The notes below the pieces were generated by a model. That model worked only from the letters and a program-made list of their open reading frames with translations. It was not told the origin of the DNA and made no database searches. A program made the position numbers and the translations under genes. A DNA stretch of 60,097 nt, the filler included, from Sphacelaria rigidula (Eukaryota): the NCBI GenBank assembly GCA_964200075.2. It is 8 parts of 8 records of this genome, joined end to end, with 100 filler letters (N's around TTAATTAATTAA, not from the genome) between each part and the next. Parts side by side here need not be neighbours in the genome. Positions count along the whole stretch, not along the records: positions 7,527 to 14,952 come from CAXNAA020014984.1; positions 15,053 to 22,477 come from CAXNAA020014985.1; positions 22,578 to 30,001 come from CAXNAA020014986.1; 5 more parts are not named here. One strand, 5' to 3'. Of the stretch, positions 12,545 through 25,339 are shown piece after piece; position 1 is the stretch's first letter; every line of letters starts with the position of its first letter.

Positions 12545-12785
12545 ATACTCTGCCACACTCAAAGAATGTTATGCAGTTGCATTCACTAAACAGCACTGGC
12601 ACCTGTTCTTATGGGGACAACATTTCACGTGTGTGACAGACCATCCAGCATTACGGTACCTCTATTCCATGCAAGACACGAGCAATATGTTGACAAGATG
12701 GGCGATAGCTTCACATTCATGACTTAACTGTGAAGCGCAAACCAGGGAATTCAACACTATTCCGGAAATTCTGTCGAGGGTTTTC
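12545..12785 (+). mobile_element. Degenerate Ty3/Gypsy RNase H fragment
   Basis: YSATLKECYAVAF..QHWHLFLWGQHFTCVTDHPALRYLYSMQDTSNMLTRWAI matches the Ty3 RNase H pattern YSxTEKExLAV...F...TDHxAL...RW. Confidence 0.8.
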
Positions 12786-13040
12786 CAGTTCGAGCAAGAG
12801 CAGAATCACTGCTTGCGCAAATTTGCCGGAACGTCCCAGAGGACCCCCCATTACACATAAAGAAACCACACCAACCGTTTCAGATTTCGGCGGGAAAACT
12901 GGATAGTCTGAAACCAGTGCACAGCGACAGAGAATGTTTGACCATTAAAGCTACACACACGTGCGCTACACATATTTTCACGTCTGTACACAAAGACAGA
13001 CAAGTTGCGAACCAAGTCGGCTCATATGATCAGCATCTAA

Positions 13041-13893
13041 CAGTGGATCCTGGAAAATGGGGTCCATATCAAAAATGAGATTCAAGTGACATTTTGTTTT
13101 TGCAGGGATCACGCGAAACATTTACGACCGAGCGAAGCCATCTTCCCCCCAAATGTCCGCAGCAGTTAAGCAGCTGTGGCTTGGTGCACCTAACGAATGC
13201 GGTGAACACGAATGTCGATGACAAAACCACCAGAGAGAGAAACAACGACAGAGAGGAAGCTCCTCGCCCGTGAAGCTCCTCGCCCACGTCCTTTGTGTGT
13301 CCTCGCTCGGCGATTACCGAACTCTTGAGAGATTGGCATCATCGATGCTACCAGCATGTGCCCAATTTTCCATATGCCAGAACATCAAGCTGCGGAGAGA
13401 TTTCCTCTCTTCTTGCCTATCGAGCTCACCAACACGGAGATCGATTTCTCTCTGCCTCTCCTTTCGGACAGGGCGCGCCTCTGTGCGCTGAAAAACATGT
13501 CGTTGAAAAACAGGACAATGTTCCCGTCACCGCTACTACTGTTCTCTGTCACACACATGCCAGCAAGGGTGGTGCTGCGGCAATAACAAATAGATTCAAT
13601 TTGAACTTGGGGGGTGTTGTTCATCGTTGATTTACCCACATCTGACCCTCTAGGTGCCCGACCAGAAAGTGTGCCACACGCCAGTTGAGGTGGGGGTGTG
13701 AGAGATCAAACACTTGTACAGACCTTCTTGACATGCGGAGTGAAAAAAGATACCTACGGTGGTGACCTAACTGTTGCTAGCGTGGCGCATAGGAGTCCGT
13801 CCATCCTGCAATCTGGAGCACACGCTGGTCGCTTGAACACCTCGGTACAGTACGAGTAGCTTTCCAGAATTATTCCGATGTGAGGAGGTCATA
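13041..13893 (+). mobile_element. Interspersed repeat beginning CAGTGGATCCTGGAAAATGGGG (hAT-like CAG terminus), copy 1
   Basis: Highly similar over ~850 bp to 28836-29956, e.g. CTCTGTGCGCTGAAAAACATGTCGTTGAAAAACAGG and GTAGCTTTCCAGAATT. Confidence 0.7.
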
Positions 13894-14748
13894 TATTACA
13901 AGCTGGGACGATAGTGCTCTACGATCAACCACTTGTCGTTGCATTCGAGACCCACGCCATCAACCGCCGACAGCAAAGGTCTTGTGGCTTTCACGCAACG
14001 CTGTCGGTAGTACGGCAGGCCAACCGATCATAGCTAGCTTTCGTTGCTCTACCGTACTTACTCCCGACCGAAGTTTGCAACAGGTATGAAAGCTCAACAG
14101 TTTGATTTTTCTCAACTACATCCACACAATTTAAACGACTCTCTGTACCAGTTATTTTGAGGCAGAATTCCGACCAGCTTATTCCAGGTCATCTACCGGC
14201 CCAGGTTTGTTACTCATATTTTTTACTTTTGTGTGGGACCTCGTTAGGCCAAAATGAACCAACATAAGTGGGACATGTTGATTTTTTATTGCTTTCCACA
14301 TGTTTAGGACGTTTTAGTATAGTAAAGACCATATTCCAATGACCACGCATCAGGTGGCCAGCTCCAGTCGGATGCGACGATGCTATTAGTTGCTACGGGT
14401 GAGGCAAGAGGCTGCAAAAGATAAGGTTGGCCCATGAGCGCGGAAATCGAGGCTAACAGCACCAATACTGTATGTTGGTCTCGGCGATAGATTTGACAGT
14501 AGCTCAACGATCTTCCTTTTGACATTTCTCTATGCATCTTTCGCGCTTTTTAACGACCGGAAATTTAGAGCTTGTCATGCGTACTTCGCCACACATGCTT
14601 CACAAAAGCCCAAGACGCACGCAGCGTTTTACAAAGAGGTGGCGGTAGCTTCGGGCACTCTCTGTAATCATACGACGTATTTTCCTCACTATTCTCTCAA
14701 CAAACTCAGCCTTACCATCACGATTTTCAACTTCACGTTGATGCCGGT

Positions 14749-14952
14749 CGCCCCGGTGATAACCTCGTGACCTTCTGATGGCTGAGTAGTGGGATTCAAT
14801 TCCTGGGGCGAACTAGGCTTTTTTCTCACAACATGCCCAACAGTGGAGAGCGACTATGTCGTGGGTACACAAAATTTGACTAAACGCTCGACGAGGGGAA
14901 GGGACTGCTGAACCCCTCTCTCGAAAAAAATAAAGGCAAGCACCGCAGAAGG
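14749..14952 (+). mobile_element. Putative tRNA-derived SINE, copy 2 (cut by contig end)
   Basis: B-box-like GGATTCAATTCC followed by the same body as 640-1041. Confidence 0.55.
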
Positions 14953-15431
14953 NNNNNNNNNNNNNNNNNNNNNNNNNNNNNNNNNNNNNNNNNNNNTTAA
15001 TTAATTAANNNNNNNNNNNNNNNNNNNNNNNNNNNNNNNNNNNNNNNNNNNNGCCTGTGTGGAAATGGATCCACCCCCCCTCTTTGTCCCCGCCCCCCCA
15101 CACCATGGTCCTCCCCCCCCCCCCCCCCCCCACACACACACACCACACACACCATCCATATCGTTCCCATGCTCAGATACTGGGGAACTACCCGCAGTTC
15201 AAAATCCAAGTGCAGGTGTCTGATCAATTTTGTGCAGTAATATCTTCTCCACGTGTCACGTGCAGGCACCTTTACTTGAGCATCGGACAGGCTGCAGACT
15301 TGAAATTGGTCATGCTCTAAGACGTTCTGTTCGTCCGCCAAGAGTTGTTGTGTCGCAATTGTAAATCTTCGTCCCATTCCGTCTCTGCGGCGGAATCGGC
15401 TCTCTGTCTATGTATCTGTGATTTCCTCCAG

Positions 15432-15540
15432 TGGCGTGGGTATCGGCGTGTACAGCTTCTTCACAACCATCGCGGGGAGCTTCATGACATACGCGGCCGG
15501 CGTCATCCTGGACTACTACACGTCAGACGCTGCGCTCACG
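15432..15540 (+). CDS. Internal exon of a membrane protein, likely an MFS (spinster-like) transporter
   Basis: Acceptor ttcctccag and donor ACG/gtatgc. It encodes the hydrophobic segment GVGIGVYSFFTTIAGSFMTYAAGVILDYYTSDAALT, which resembles MFS TM11 (G..G..........G......G...D). Confidence 0.6.
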
Positions 15541-15849
15541 GTATGCCTGGAAATAAACGCGACGCGTGTTCTTAGCGTGTCTGTATGTGCAGCTAACCTT
15601 CAGACGAGGACTAGATGGCTTTGTTGTTCAGCAACGGCACCGAGCGTTGAACGGGTCCACATGAGATTGAAAGTTTTGAAGTTCGGATGCGGCGTTGACC
15701 ACCATCATGCAAAAAAACCCACTCGCCAAATTTTGCGATCCCTGCGAGTGATGATGCGTGACCATGAAAGCGCACGGTTTTCCGCCCGGCGATACCGTGT
15801 AAAGGTGGAAGCGCACATTCGGGAAGACGGAGCATTCTGAACGAAGTAG

Positions 15850-18800
15850 TGAGAATGAAGCCTATCGCCCCTTGGTGATGAAGTTTACCCCCAAAAACAT
15901 TCAGCGGCAACAGTGAGTTGGCTCATGCGGGCGGGGGGACGGGGAGTGTACTCATGATGTATCATGCCTTGATCAGACCGTTGACCCCGCATCCCTACAA
16001 AGCCAGGATGAAGGATGCCGGGTTTCCACCCGACCAGGCTCGCAAAAACCAAGCGCGAAGCGCGTTGATGTGGATGGCGAGTCATATGAGGGGTGATCTG
16101 CACCATGCCAAGATTGTTCACCCCGGAGCGTACTAATTTTCTCGCAGCTGGATGCCAGCCTTCTACGGGTTTGTTCGATTTTCTTGGAATTGCTACTTCG
16201 AGAGACAGCCGCGGGTTACGCCGCCTCATGGATTTCTCACCATTCAAACACGACCTAGTACGAGCATCTCCTGTGCGGAGGTCTAGTTCTCCACTGCGCA
16301 TAAAATGATCTCATTCCACCACCACATGTTGACCGCATAGGAAAAAACGCGGGAAAATATTGATAATCTGGTTGCCTTGCTCGCGCAGTGAGGGGCGTGT
16401 TTTACAGCGTCTCTACCAACCGACGTCAACCATGTGGGGGTGGGCGAGGGGGGGATACTGTTGAGAAGTGAGGCAACTCCCGGAAGTCCACGTGGGCGAC
16501 TCGATACCCTTGTCACCTATAGAAAACAAATGAAAACGGTCGTGAAGGTCGGTGGGCTGCGAGATTGCCACATTCCCAATCTCGAAATTTCTTTGTCATA
16601 CAGGATCACATGGGAGAGACGGATGGGTCCATTCCCTGAGACCACGGGCTCGTCCTGAACGGAGGAAACGGTGTTGAAAAATATCACGGGAGAGAAGTTA
16701 ACGAAATGTCAAGAGCGCTTCGTATTGAAGCATGATTTTGACCCCTTGACTCTAGCGCACTTTGAGTCAGTTGTCGTTGAGACCATGTGTGCGAAAACAA
16801 GTCTTCGTACCCTGATGCTGCATGCGATCTACTGTATTTCTGTGCTTGTGTATTTTCATTGTCTTCTTTTTTGAATGCCTCTCTTGATTCGAGGTCATCG
16901 TACCCAGGTTGAATCCCCAAATTCATGGTTGACAGCATGGTTGAAGCAGCGTTGAACTCGAGCCCAACCCCAATCCATGGCATAACGAGAGCCCTCGGGC
17001 AGGGGGGGTGTAATGGGTGCCCTAGGCGAAGTGTGCGTTTACATACCTCTAAACGACGCGCCGATTGGACGATAACGGCTTCTCTGCGCTCGGGGAGCAC
17101 TCGTGACTGTCAATCCCGCCAAGATTCAAAAATAGATGTTTACATTCGGATTGAGTATGGTTGAACCGTGCATTTCGTGGATACGAGCTAGGACGACAGG
17201 GGTGACATCGCCGTTTCTCTCCTTTCTCTTGCCTCCTTCAGTTGGGGTCAAATAGCGTCATATCAGACTCTTATATTTTTATTTTTTCTCCCTCGCGTGT
17301 CTCGAAATCTCCCCTGAACCTGTACAAAAGTTGAGAATTTCACCCATTGTTGCTTTATTTTTCGCTCGAATCGTTTCGTGTCGTGTCGTGTCGTGTCCTG
17401 CCGTGCCGCCTTCGCTGCAGAGAACCCTAGGAATCAGTGTCTGCGGATCATATTTCATCTGCGGGTTAATATTCATCTGGGCGGCTATGCATATGCCCGA
17501 TCTCGAGCAAAACAGCGAGGTGGGTTGTCATTTGGTGGTGCCTGTTGAGTGTCGTGTGCCCTTTTTGACAAAGGCATTTGATGATTGGGTATAGCTTTGG
17601 GGGCAGGGACGGGGGAATGTGGAGAGTGTTGAATGGCAGCTAGTGAACGTACATCCTCCATCTGGAAGCATGGCTAATTGTCTCTTGTACCCCCGCCTCT
17701 TCCCTGGAACGAGCGCTGACCCTCCAACTGTGAGCTGATTCTGAGACGACCCTTGTATCCACACGTATTCGACCACAGGGTTGCCTCGCGCGATCCGATA
17801 CGTTGCCTAGACGGGAGAAATATGGTGGTCACACCAAAAAAGCAAAGAAGGGTGTTCAGGTTCTCTCTAGCCACAGGTCTCGCAAGGTGAAATTGGTTCG
17901 ATATGCTGTGGAGGCACAATATTGTTGGCTTGATGAGGAGGTCAAATTAAAAATTCAATTTGTGTTTGGCACGCCACCCCCGCACGGGCCATGAACTCCC
18001 CTTCCTCCCGTGTTCCGATGCCATGACGTACCGGCAGACGCAGCCATTGTTGGACAAGAGCAATACGTACGACGAAGAGCTGGAGCCCGATTTCAAAGCA
18101 GCACCGCCCTCTAGTACGGTACCAAGGAACCGATTTGGCGCCAGTGAAGACGTTTAGTTGCTGTGGTCAGTACGCCAGGAGCCACTCGTCTATCTACCCC
18201 GTGACCTCATAGAAAACATGAGCCACTACTTGTGTTACATGGAAGGCACGACTCGTGTTTGTTGTTGGGATCGGTCACCGTAACCATAGAGCCGCTGAGG
18301 TATCGTGGGGTCAGAGTCACCAAGTCGGGATCGAACTCTTTCTCATGAATTTCATTCTGAAAAGTCCTGGCGCCCAATGGGTTCGATGACTTGCATTGCT
18401 TCAGATATTGGTTTCACGTTCTAGGCGGGAATGCACGTGTGCGTGTTTTCTCTACGTTCTCCGGTCTCGCGCACGCGCCCCTCAAATGTCGTAAAAAGTC
18501 TAGCTCTCTCGTTTGCTTGCTTGTAGTGGAGAAAACGAGCGCTTAGGGGAGGTTGATGGCGGTACAACAGTAGTGTGATCGATCGAGCGTATTGTTTTGT
18601 CCACTGTATCACGCATCGCAACGTATCCGCCTTACTGGAGTGACATGTCCCGCTTTTGCTTGCGAGCTCCCCTCTTCATGGAAGCTTGCCAGGTGCTTTT
18701 GCGTCTGTTGCATCATCCAGCTTGAAGGATTTCATTGTCCTACACAGTGTTGGCGGCAGGTACTCTATGTGGGGACTTGCGGTGCATGTGTGAATGAAAG

Positions 18801-19400
18801 GGCCGGGAGACGGCGAGGTGAGGGGAGGGAGGGTCGTGCAGTATGCATTGACGGCAAGAAAACTGCTGAATTCTGACCTCTGAATGGAGCTGTTGGCATG
18901 AAACATGCCTTGTTCCCTGAGGTCCCTGGTAGCCTAGCAAATGTCGGGCGTTCTGCCCCCCGAGAAGTGATGTAGTGCCTCAGCCCTCGTTGGGTCGGTT
19001 ATTCACCTGTCTCTTGTGTAGAGAGGTGGCATACATGACGTGGTGTACGCGTATTTGTTTTCCGATTCTCATGGCATGCTGCGAAGCCTTTTTTTTGCTA
19101 AGCTCATGTTGGGCGTTTTGTGTCGAAACGAGTGTCTTCTGCTCTTTGTTGGCTTGGCTTGTGTAATTTTGTAAAGATTTCTACGCGGTGTATATGTGAT
19201 GCATTTTGTTTTATGTGTACGTGACGATTATTTCCGGCGATAGTAATTGTCTGGGGAGTCATGTATTAGTTGGGAATAATGGCGAAGTAGCCCAGTGGGA
19301 GTTGGTGTGCATATACTTGTGGGTGTGCTGAGCATATGCAGTGTGGGGTGGGTATGTGACCCGGCCTGGTCCACACGATCAAGTCATATAGTATTGTGTC
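15850..19400 (-). mobile_element. Highly decayed retroelement (probably LINE-like); its 3' part recurs elsewhere in the window
   Basis: 15900-16420 is similar to 37860-38480, 45150-45320 and 58800-59190. 16620-16660 is similar to 47765-47810. A fragmentary ARSITLL (RT-like RPIsLL) occurs near 18580. Frames are riddled with stops. Confidence 0.35.
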
Positions 19401-19765
19401 CATCAGCTAGTCATGAAGTAGCGAAAGAGGCACCACTTTAGCGACATGTTGGTTCGCTGTCATTTGTGATATTGACTGACATTTTTTTGCGAAGGGCGTG
19501 TGCTCTCATTATTTTTTTCCTGTCGGCTGGTCAATCGTTGATCAGCAGAAGAAAATTTGATGACTTCTACTATGGCTCGTTGGTCGGATGGGTTTTGCTC
19601 CTCGCATCAATTTCACATTAGTCGAATATAACACGTATTTTTGATGAACAAGTATCTGTTCTAATACCGTGAGAGATGGGTTTACAAAATACATCACTGC
19701 CGTGTGCTTCCAGCTACACGTCGATATTCTACGCAGGGATACCAAGGGCCTCAGTTGCAAGCTAC

Positions 19766-20514
19766 GAGCTGGGCCAGCCTAGAGGCAGATTTGAAGTTTG
19801 CAGGCTCATCCTCTTTTATACATTTAGAGTTGGACCCTTGAATTTGGTGTGGACAGTGCATAGGGCATAACAAAAAAAACTACCTCGGTACCACAGATTT
19901 TCTTTTTTGATGAGTTGAAGGCATTTTACTGACACCTGAAAACTGATTATTGCCCTCAACTAATGAAACAAGGAAACATTGGGTACCGAGGTCATATTTT
20001 TTTCATGCCCTACTTATTGTCCATACCAAATTTCAGGGTCCAATTGTTGATGTATTAGAGAGTATGGACGTATCAAAAACCGGGTCGGTGGAAGTTCGGA
20101 ACAGTATTTCGCAGGCCGCTCACCGACCCATATTTATTCGTGTTATGAAATTTTGTGTGGACGCTCTCGAAGGCATAATTAACAGAAAAAGTGGCTCAAA
20201 TGATTTTTCTTCAATTTTTTTCACTGGTTTGGGGCGTTCTACTGTGATGGAGACTATTTCTTCACGAGAACGCCCTATAACCTCCATGAAAAAAAAAGAT
20301 GGACCCATCTTTTTTCATTCGGCACTCTTTTTTGGTTCTCCACACCAAATTTTGTCGCCATCCACTAAATGCATCGATCGGGATTTTCATTGGAGACATG
20401 AGCATTGGCGTTATCTCCCTTAGGTACAGGAATTACTAGACATGGGGTTTGATCAACGAGGAAATATGGGCCCAAAATCTGAGCAGATGGGCACCTTCCC
20501 CGTGATAAGACCAT
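19766..20514 (-). mobile_element. Non-autonomous element (copy 2, inverted) of the 11432-12544 family
   Basis: Starts GAGCTGGGCCAGCCTAGA and ends GGGCACCTTCCCCGTGATAAGACCAT, the reverse complements of the copy 1 ends. It contains the TGCCCTA..ATTGTCCATACCAAATTTCAGGG IR. Confidence 0.65.
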
Positions 20515-22399
20515 TAATACGATATGCAGATCACGGCCCAACTCGTCTGTGTCGATGAGATATCACTTTGAGAGCTTGGATCTGTTTTCAGGCTGGCCCA
20601 GCTTGCGATATAAATAGAACATCGGGTCTCGTGGATGGGCATTTCACTATTTGACCGCTTTTCACTCTCAGTCGTGTCCATCATACGAAAACATTTTGTC
20701 CAAGTCAACCAACATCAACACCTGGCCGCGCACACTCGCAGCAGCAGCGGTGCAGTGCAGTAGAGCACACAGGAATCAAATAACGTGGATGAATAGGTTC
20801 ATGTCCGAAATGCCCCTCCGGGAACACGAGACCAGATACGCTTCTTGTAGTAGCTTGCCACTGAAGCCTCTGATCCTGAGTAGGATATCGACGTGGATCT
20901 GTAAGCACACGACGTTGCTGCAAAGAAAAGCGCACAAGATGAAATTTCTGATGGAGTCAGCAAAAATTGAATTCACCTTGAGGAAACGCTAGACTCTTCA
21001 TATCACAACACTGCTACATATGCCCCGCGCTGACGAAGAGCGAATACTCGTAAATTCCGATTTTTAAATCGGTTGTTGTCTCGGGCTATTCCAGATTCGG
21101 CATTGAATTTCTGTGACGGAAAAATGTCTCTTTTTTTCGGAATACTTTGAAAAAAATTCAGGACTTTCGGAAAAACTGCTCAAAACGTGACCATTATATG
21201 GAGTACAGGGTACTACACTGAAGACAACACAATCATGCAGTGATATATGGAGTACAGCGTACTATGCTGAAGACAAGACAAGACAGCACAATTTCTGCAG
21301 TGTTTTCTAGAACCTGCGGACTGCATACAGTATGCATCAGCTTTTCTTGTTGCAACGAACAAGGCGCTTCCCACACCTATCATTTCTATGCTGTAGTTGT
21401 CGCTGTGCTGTTGTGCAGTTGAACACTCTACGATGAACATGGTGTGATGTGCGCTGGAGTTATTGCCGGGTGCCGAGTAAGAAAACATGGACCCATCGGC
21501 GGGTAGTACGTACCCAGCGCTGTCAAGCATACGGTGGCTATATCTCGCAAGGTGCATGGGTGTTGTCGCACGGTCGGAACGCGGACCATCTACGATCAAG
21601 AGCAGCAGCAGCATCGGCACCGGTTGATTCAGACCCACCCCCAGCCACGTACATTCACTGGCAATAATTATGCTTCTGATAGTGCTGCTGCTGCTGCTGC
21701 TGATAGTGCGGGAGGCCGTCCGTGTTTCGTCGTGCGACATTACCCATGCATGCTTACAAAAACAGTCAGGTGATCGGAATTTTCCCCTGTTTCTTTGTCG
21801 CTTGACCGTTTTCCTCGGAGGTAGGCAAAACCCAAATGGTTCATTCGCAGCTACCTACCCAACCCTGCGGCATAGATCACGAACTCAGCACAATGATATA
21901 CACTGCAGCAGTAATAGGAAACCGACACCACCACTGTTTTGGCATGATGTGTTCCTTTTTGTTGGCGAAAAAACTGGGGCATCAAATTTTGTGACGGGGT
22001 CCACCGACGGAGTTGCGTGTCGGGGTGGGCGATCGAGTTGCCAACGCGCTCATCGACAGTAGAGGCGGTGCAAAGCTGCACATGGTTCAAATCTACTTCG
22101 CATCCTCCTGTATGCAGAGAGTCTGAAAGCTGTGCTGTCTGTCAAATCTGCTGTGTGTCGCGTTGCCTGCTTCTTTTCCACATCGCGGCTGCATGCTGCG
22201 CGAAACACATACCATCTGGACAGTACAGGCCGCCACTGTTGTACAGCAGTCTGTACTGTACTGTTTGGCCAAGAACGAAACGGTTGTAATGCGTGAGAGG
22301 ACCGCGTGCTTGGAAGACCGCGTCGGAAGTTGAACCTCCCTGTGGTTGGGGTTAGTGTTGGGGTTGGGGTCAGGGGCGTGGTACCTGCAGGGACTGGCC

Positions 22400-22477
22400 C
22401 GATTGTTGTTGTTGTTGTTGTTGTCTTCACATTAAAAGCCGTTCCGATATCTGCGCGGTACATTGGTACTGGGCATC
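22400..22477 (-). repeat. Retroposon 3' end with (CAA)n tail; second copy at 24810-24905
   Basis: (GTT)n followed by GTCTTCACAT.AAAA..GTTCCGATATCTGCGCGGTACATT.GTACTGGGCATC occurs at both sites. Confidence 0.6.
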
Positions 22478-22679
22478 NNNNNNNNNNNNNNNNNNNNNNN
22501 NNNNNNNNNNNNNNNNNNNNNTTAATTAATTAANNNNNNNNNNNNNNNNNNNNNNNNNNNNNNNNNNNNNNNNNNNNCCGCATGTAACTGACACTGTCGA
22601 GTAAAGATAGATACCTTTGTACCGTGGTTTGTCAGTACTGCAGACTACACTAAAAAGGCTGTCCACACCAACAGATCTT

Positions 22680-23130
22680 TTGCGCCGCACACTACGCTTC
22701 ACAGGGTTTCAGGGAAACTGTGCAGTGTTTGTCGCGGGGATTCGGCTGTAGGATTCTTTTTCGCGCCGCACAGTACGCTTCACAGGGTTTCGTCACCCCG
22801 AGTACTGTTCATTGTTGTTAATAAATGCTGTACAGCCTTTATAGCGCACATCCAATATACTCCATACAGCATAGGCATGGTACTGGCAGAAAAAAACGGT
22901 TGAGAAGTTGCAGTGGTGGGAATTGAACTGTGTTGTGTTTGTCGCGGGCATTTGGCTGTAGGATTCTTTTTCGCGCCGCACAGTACGCTTCACATGGTTT
23001 CGTCACCCCGAGTACTGCTCATGGTTGTTAATATATGCTGTACAGCCTTTATAGCGCACATCCAATATACTCCATACAGCATAGGCATGGTACTGGTAGA
23101 AAAAAACGGCCGGGAAGATGCAGTGGTAGG
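22680..23130. repeat. Tandem duplication, ~200-bp unit
   Basis: GGCTGTAGGATTCTTTTTCGCGCCGCACAGTACGCTTCAC...GTACAGCCTTTATAGCGCACATCCAATATACTCCATACAGCATAGGCATGGTACTGG occurs twice, plus a partial third copy. Confidence 0.85.
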
Positions 23131-23467
23131 AAGTGAATTCACGCTCTTGAGCCCGGAAATGCGACCAGGTGTACATTGAGCTACCCGATTTGTTATTAAC
23201 GGCATGTGATTTTTGTGCTTCTAATAACTATCGAGCAAAAACCTCCATAAACAAAGGCATGATGGATTGAGTGATTTGGTCTAATCATTTAGTCTATGTT
23301 GGTAGACACTGGTCTGCTGGGTTTTCATAAGCTGTGTGGATTGATATGCGAGGTAAATGCCGTCAATTCAGCATCTTCGTCACGCCTGCAGCGGAAGCTT
23401 CGCTTCAAAGCACAGGCGTTTGGATATACACTCGTAGACAGTGTGTGGGATCTCTATTCAGCAAAAG

Positions 23468-24012
23468 CTGTTGAGAATTCATCCTTTAGATCCACTTTTA
23501 TGGCAAGGAACCTCGATTCGTACAAATATGAGGATCTCAGCCCGTCTGCAGGCGATTTTCTCATCATGTGAATTGATTTTTCGGACTCCAGTCCATTGGG
23601 CAATATTTTTCGGCTAGCTGTGAGCAAACCAGATCAATTCTCCGATTTCCGGGCGTTGAGTTTCGATACATCACCGTTCTGCTGAAATCGGGACACTTCC
23701 ACATCTCCCCCGATTCTCCCCCGATTTTTTTATTAAATCGGGGGAGATGCGGGGGTGTCCCGATTTGGACAGAAGTGTGGTGAACCAAACGTCAACGTAC
23801 ATAGAACCGGAGAATTGATCTGGTTTGCTCACAGCTAGCCGAAAAACATTGCCCAACAGACTGGGGCCCGAAAAATTAATCCACGGGAAAAAATCGCCTG
23901 TAGATGGGCTGAAATCCTCATATTTGTACAAATCGAGATTCGTTGCCATAAAAGTGGATCTCAGCCCAACTGGTACATAAACTGGGGGGCAAGAGGATGA
24001 ATTACTTTCAAC
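23468..24012. mobile_element. Foldback element with long inverted arms and a nested small palindromic element
   Basis: ~23488-23650 is the reverse complement of ~23805-23960 (e.g. CGGCTAGCTGTGAGCAAACCAGATCAATTCTCCG). An inner pair AAATCGGGACAC / GTGTCCCGATTT lies at ~23685-23766. Confidence 0.75.
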
Positions 24013-24129
24013 ATTTTTTTCTGCGTGTCGGATCCCATACGCTGATAGCGGTGCAGTATGCGGGATATGCCCAGTTGACGCTGTTTGCGATAAATCCCTT
24101 TTTGCCCTATTCCCGGATGAATTGGAGGG

Positions 24130-24450
24130 CAACGTGAAGATTTATTTCGAGCTTCTTCTGCTGTTCAAATTCCAAATCTGCCAGTGCATGGGATTTGTGC
24201 AGCAGAAAAAGCTGTTGTTCGAAAAAAAATCCTTCTTTTGCCCAATTGAAATGGGCGAAAAAAGGATTTATTTCGAATAGCTTCTTCTGCTGGTCGAAGT
24301 AAATCCTTTTTTTGTCCAAATAAATTGGGCGTCAAAATGATTTGCTTTGAATAGCTTTTCCTGCTGTCCGAGATAAATCCCTGTTTACCCGATTTGAATC
24401 GGGCAAAATAAGGATTTATCTCGGACAGCAGGAAAAGGTATTCAAAATAA
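24130..24450. repeat. Degenerate tandem/inverted repeats with a GATTTATTTCGAATAGCTTCTTCTGCTG core
   Basis: The core recurs at ~24139, 24266 and 24340, and in inverted form near 24420. Confidence 0.55.
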
Positions 24451-24810
24451 ATAAATTGACAGATTTTGTACCAGAATGATTTCGAATTTTCAAAAAAACA
24501 AGAAAGAATTTCCAAAATTGGGAGGGCCTCTCCACAGGGTTGCTTGCAGGGTTTCGACAAACACGCTATGCAAAATGCTGGTAGGGGTACTAGGGTTGCA
24601 AATGCAGTGCAGGGTTTCTCACAAATGACTGTGAAGAACCCTGTGCAGCACATCCTACAGGGTGCTATCTGTCCACGTGTGGAAGCTTTCTTTTTCTTCA
24701 GTACCGCGTACTCCACCTTCCTTCTTCTGAGGTATGTTTTCCTTCATTTTTGTCGCGAGGAAGGTTCGGGGCGTGTCTGAGCACATTATTGATCGATCGA
24801 AAATGTACGG

Positions 24811-24850
<40 letters not shown>

Positions 24851-25339
24851 CTTCACATCAAAAACAGTTCCGATATCTGCGCGGTACATTCGTACTGGGC
24901 ATCTGACGCGGACGCCTTCCGTGGTCACCGGCTAGCTACCTATAATAAGGTATGAGAAAATCAAACAAAGCCAAAAAAAAAATAGATCTAGATTAAAACT
25001 CACAATACGCGATATAAGCACAACAGGCTAACCTCAGAAGATCCGGTGCCGCAGGTGGCCATTCAAATTTCAGGGGGTGGCACCCGGCTTTCCAACTCGA
25101 TGCGCGACGCCAAGTAGAAATGAGCATAGGGTCCGACTACGGGCGAGATTCAAGGCCCCAAATACCACCGACCAAAGAACTAAGAACCGTAAGGTTCCAT
25201 CTTTCGACCTCTCGAGGGACAGCCATACGTACAAGCATACCAGGTGTATCGAGGCAAGCACTGCATGGCACAACGATGCCCCTCATCGGGGGGATTCACC
25301 CCCCCCCCCCCCCTCTATGAACCGTCGTCCTTGCTGTGT

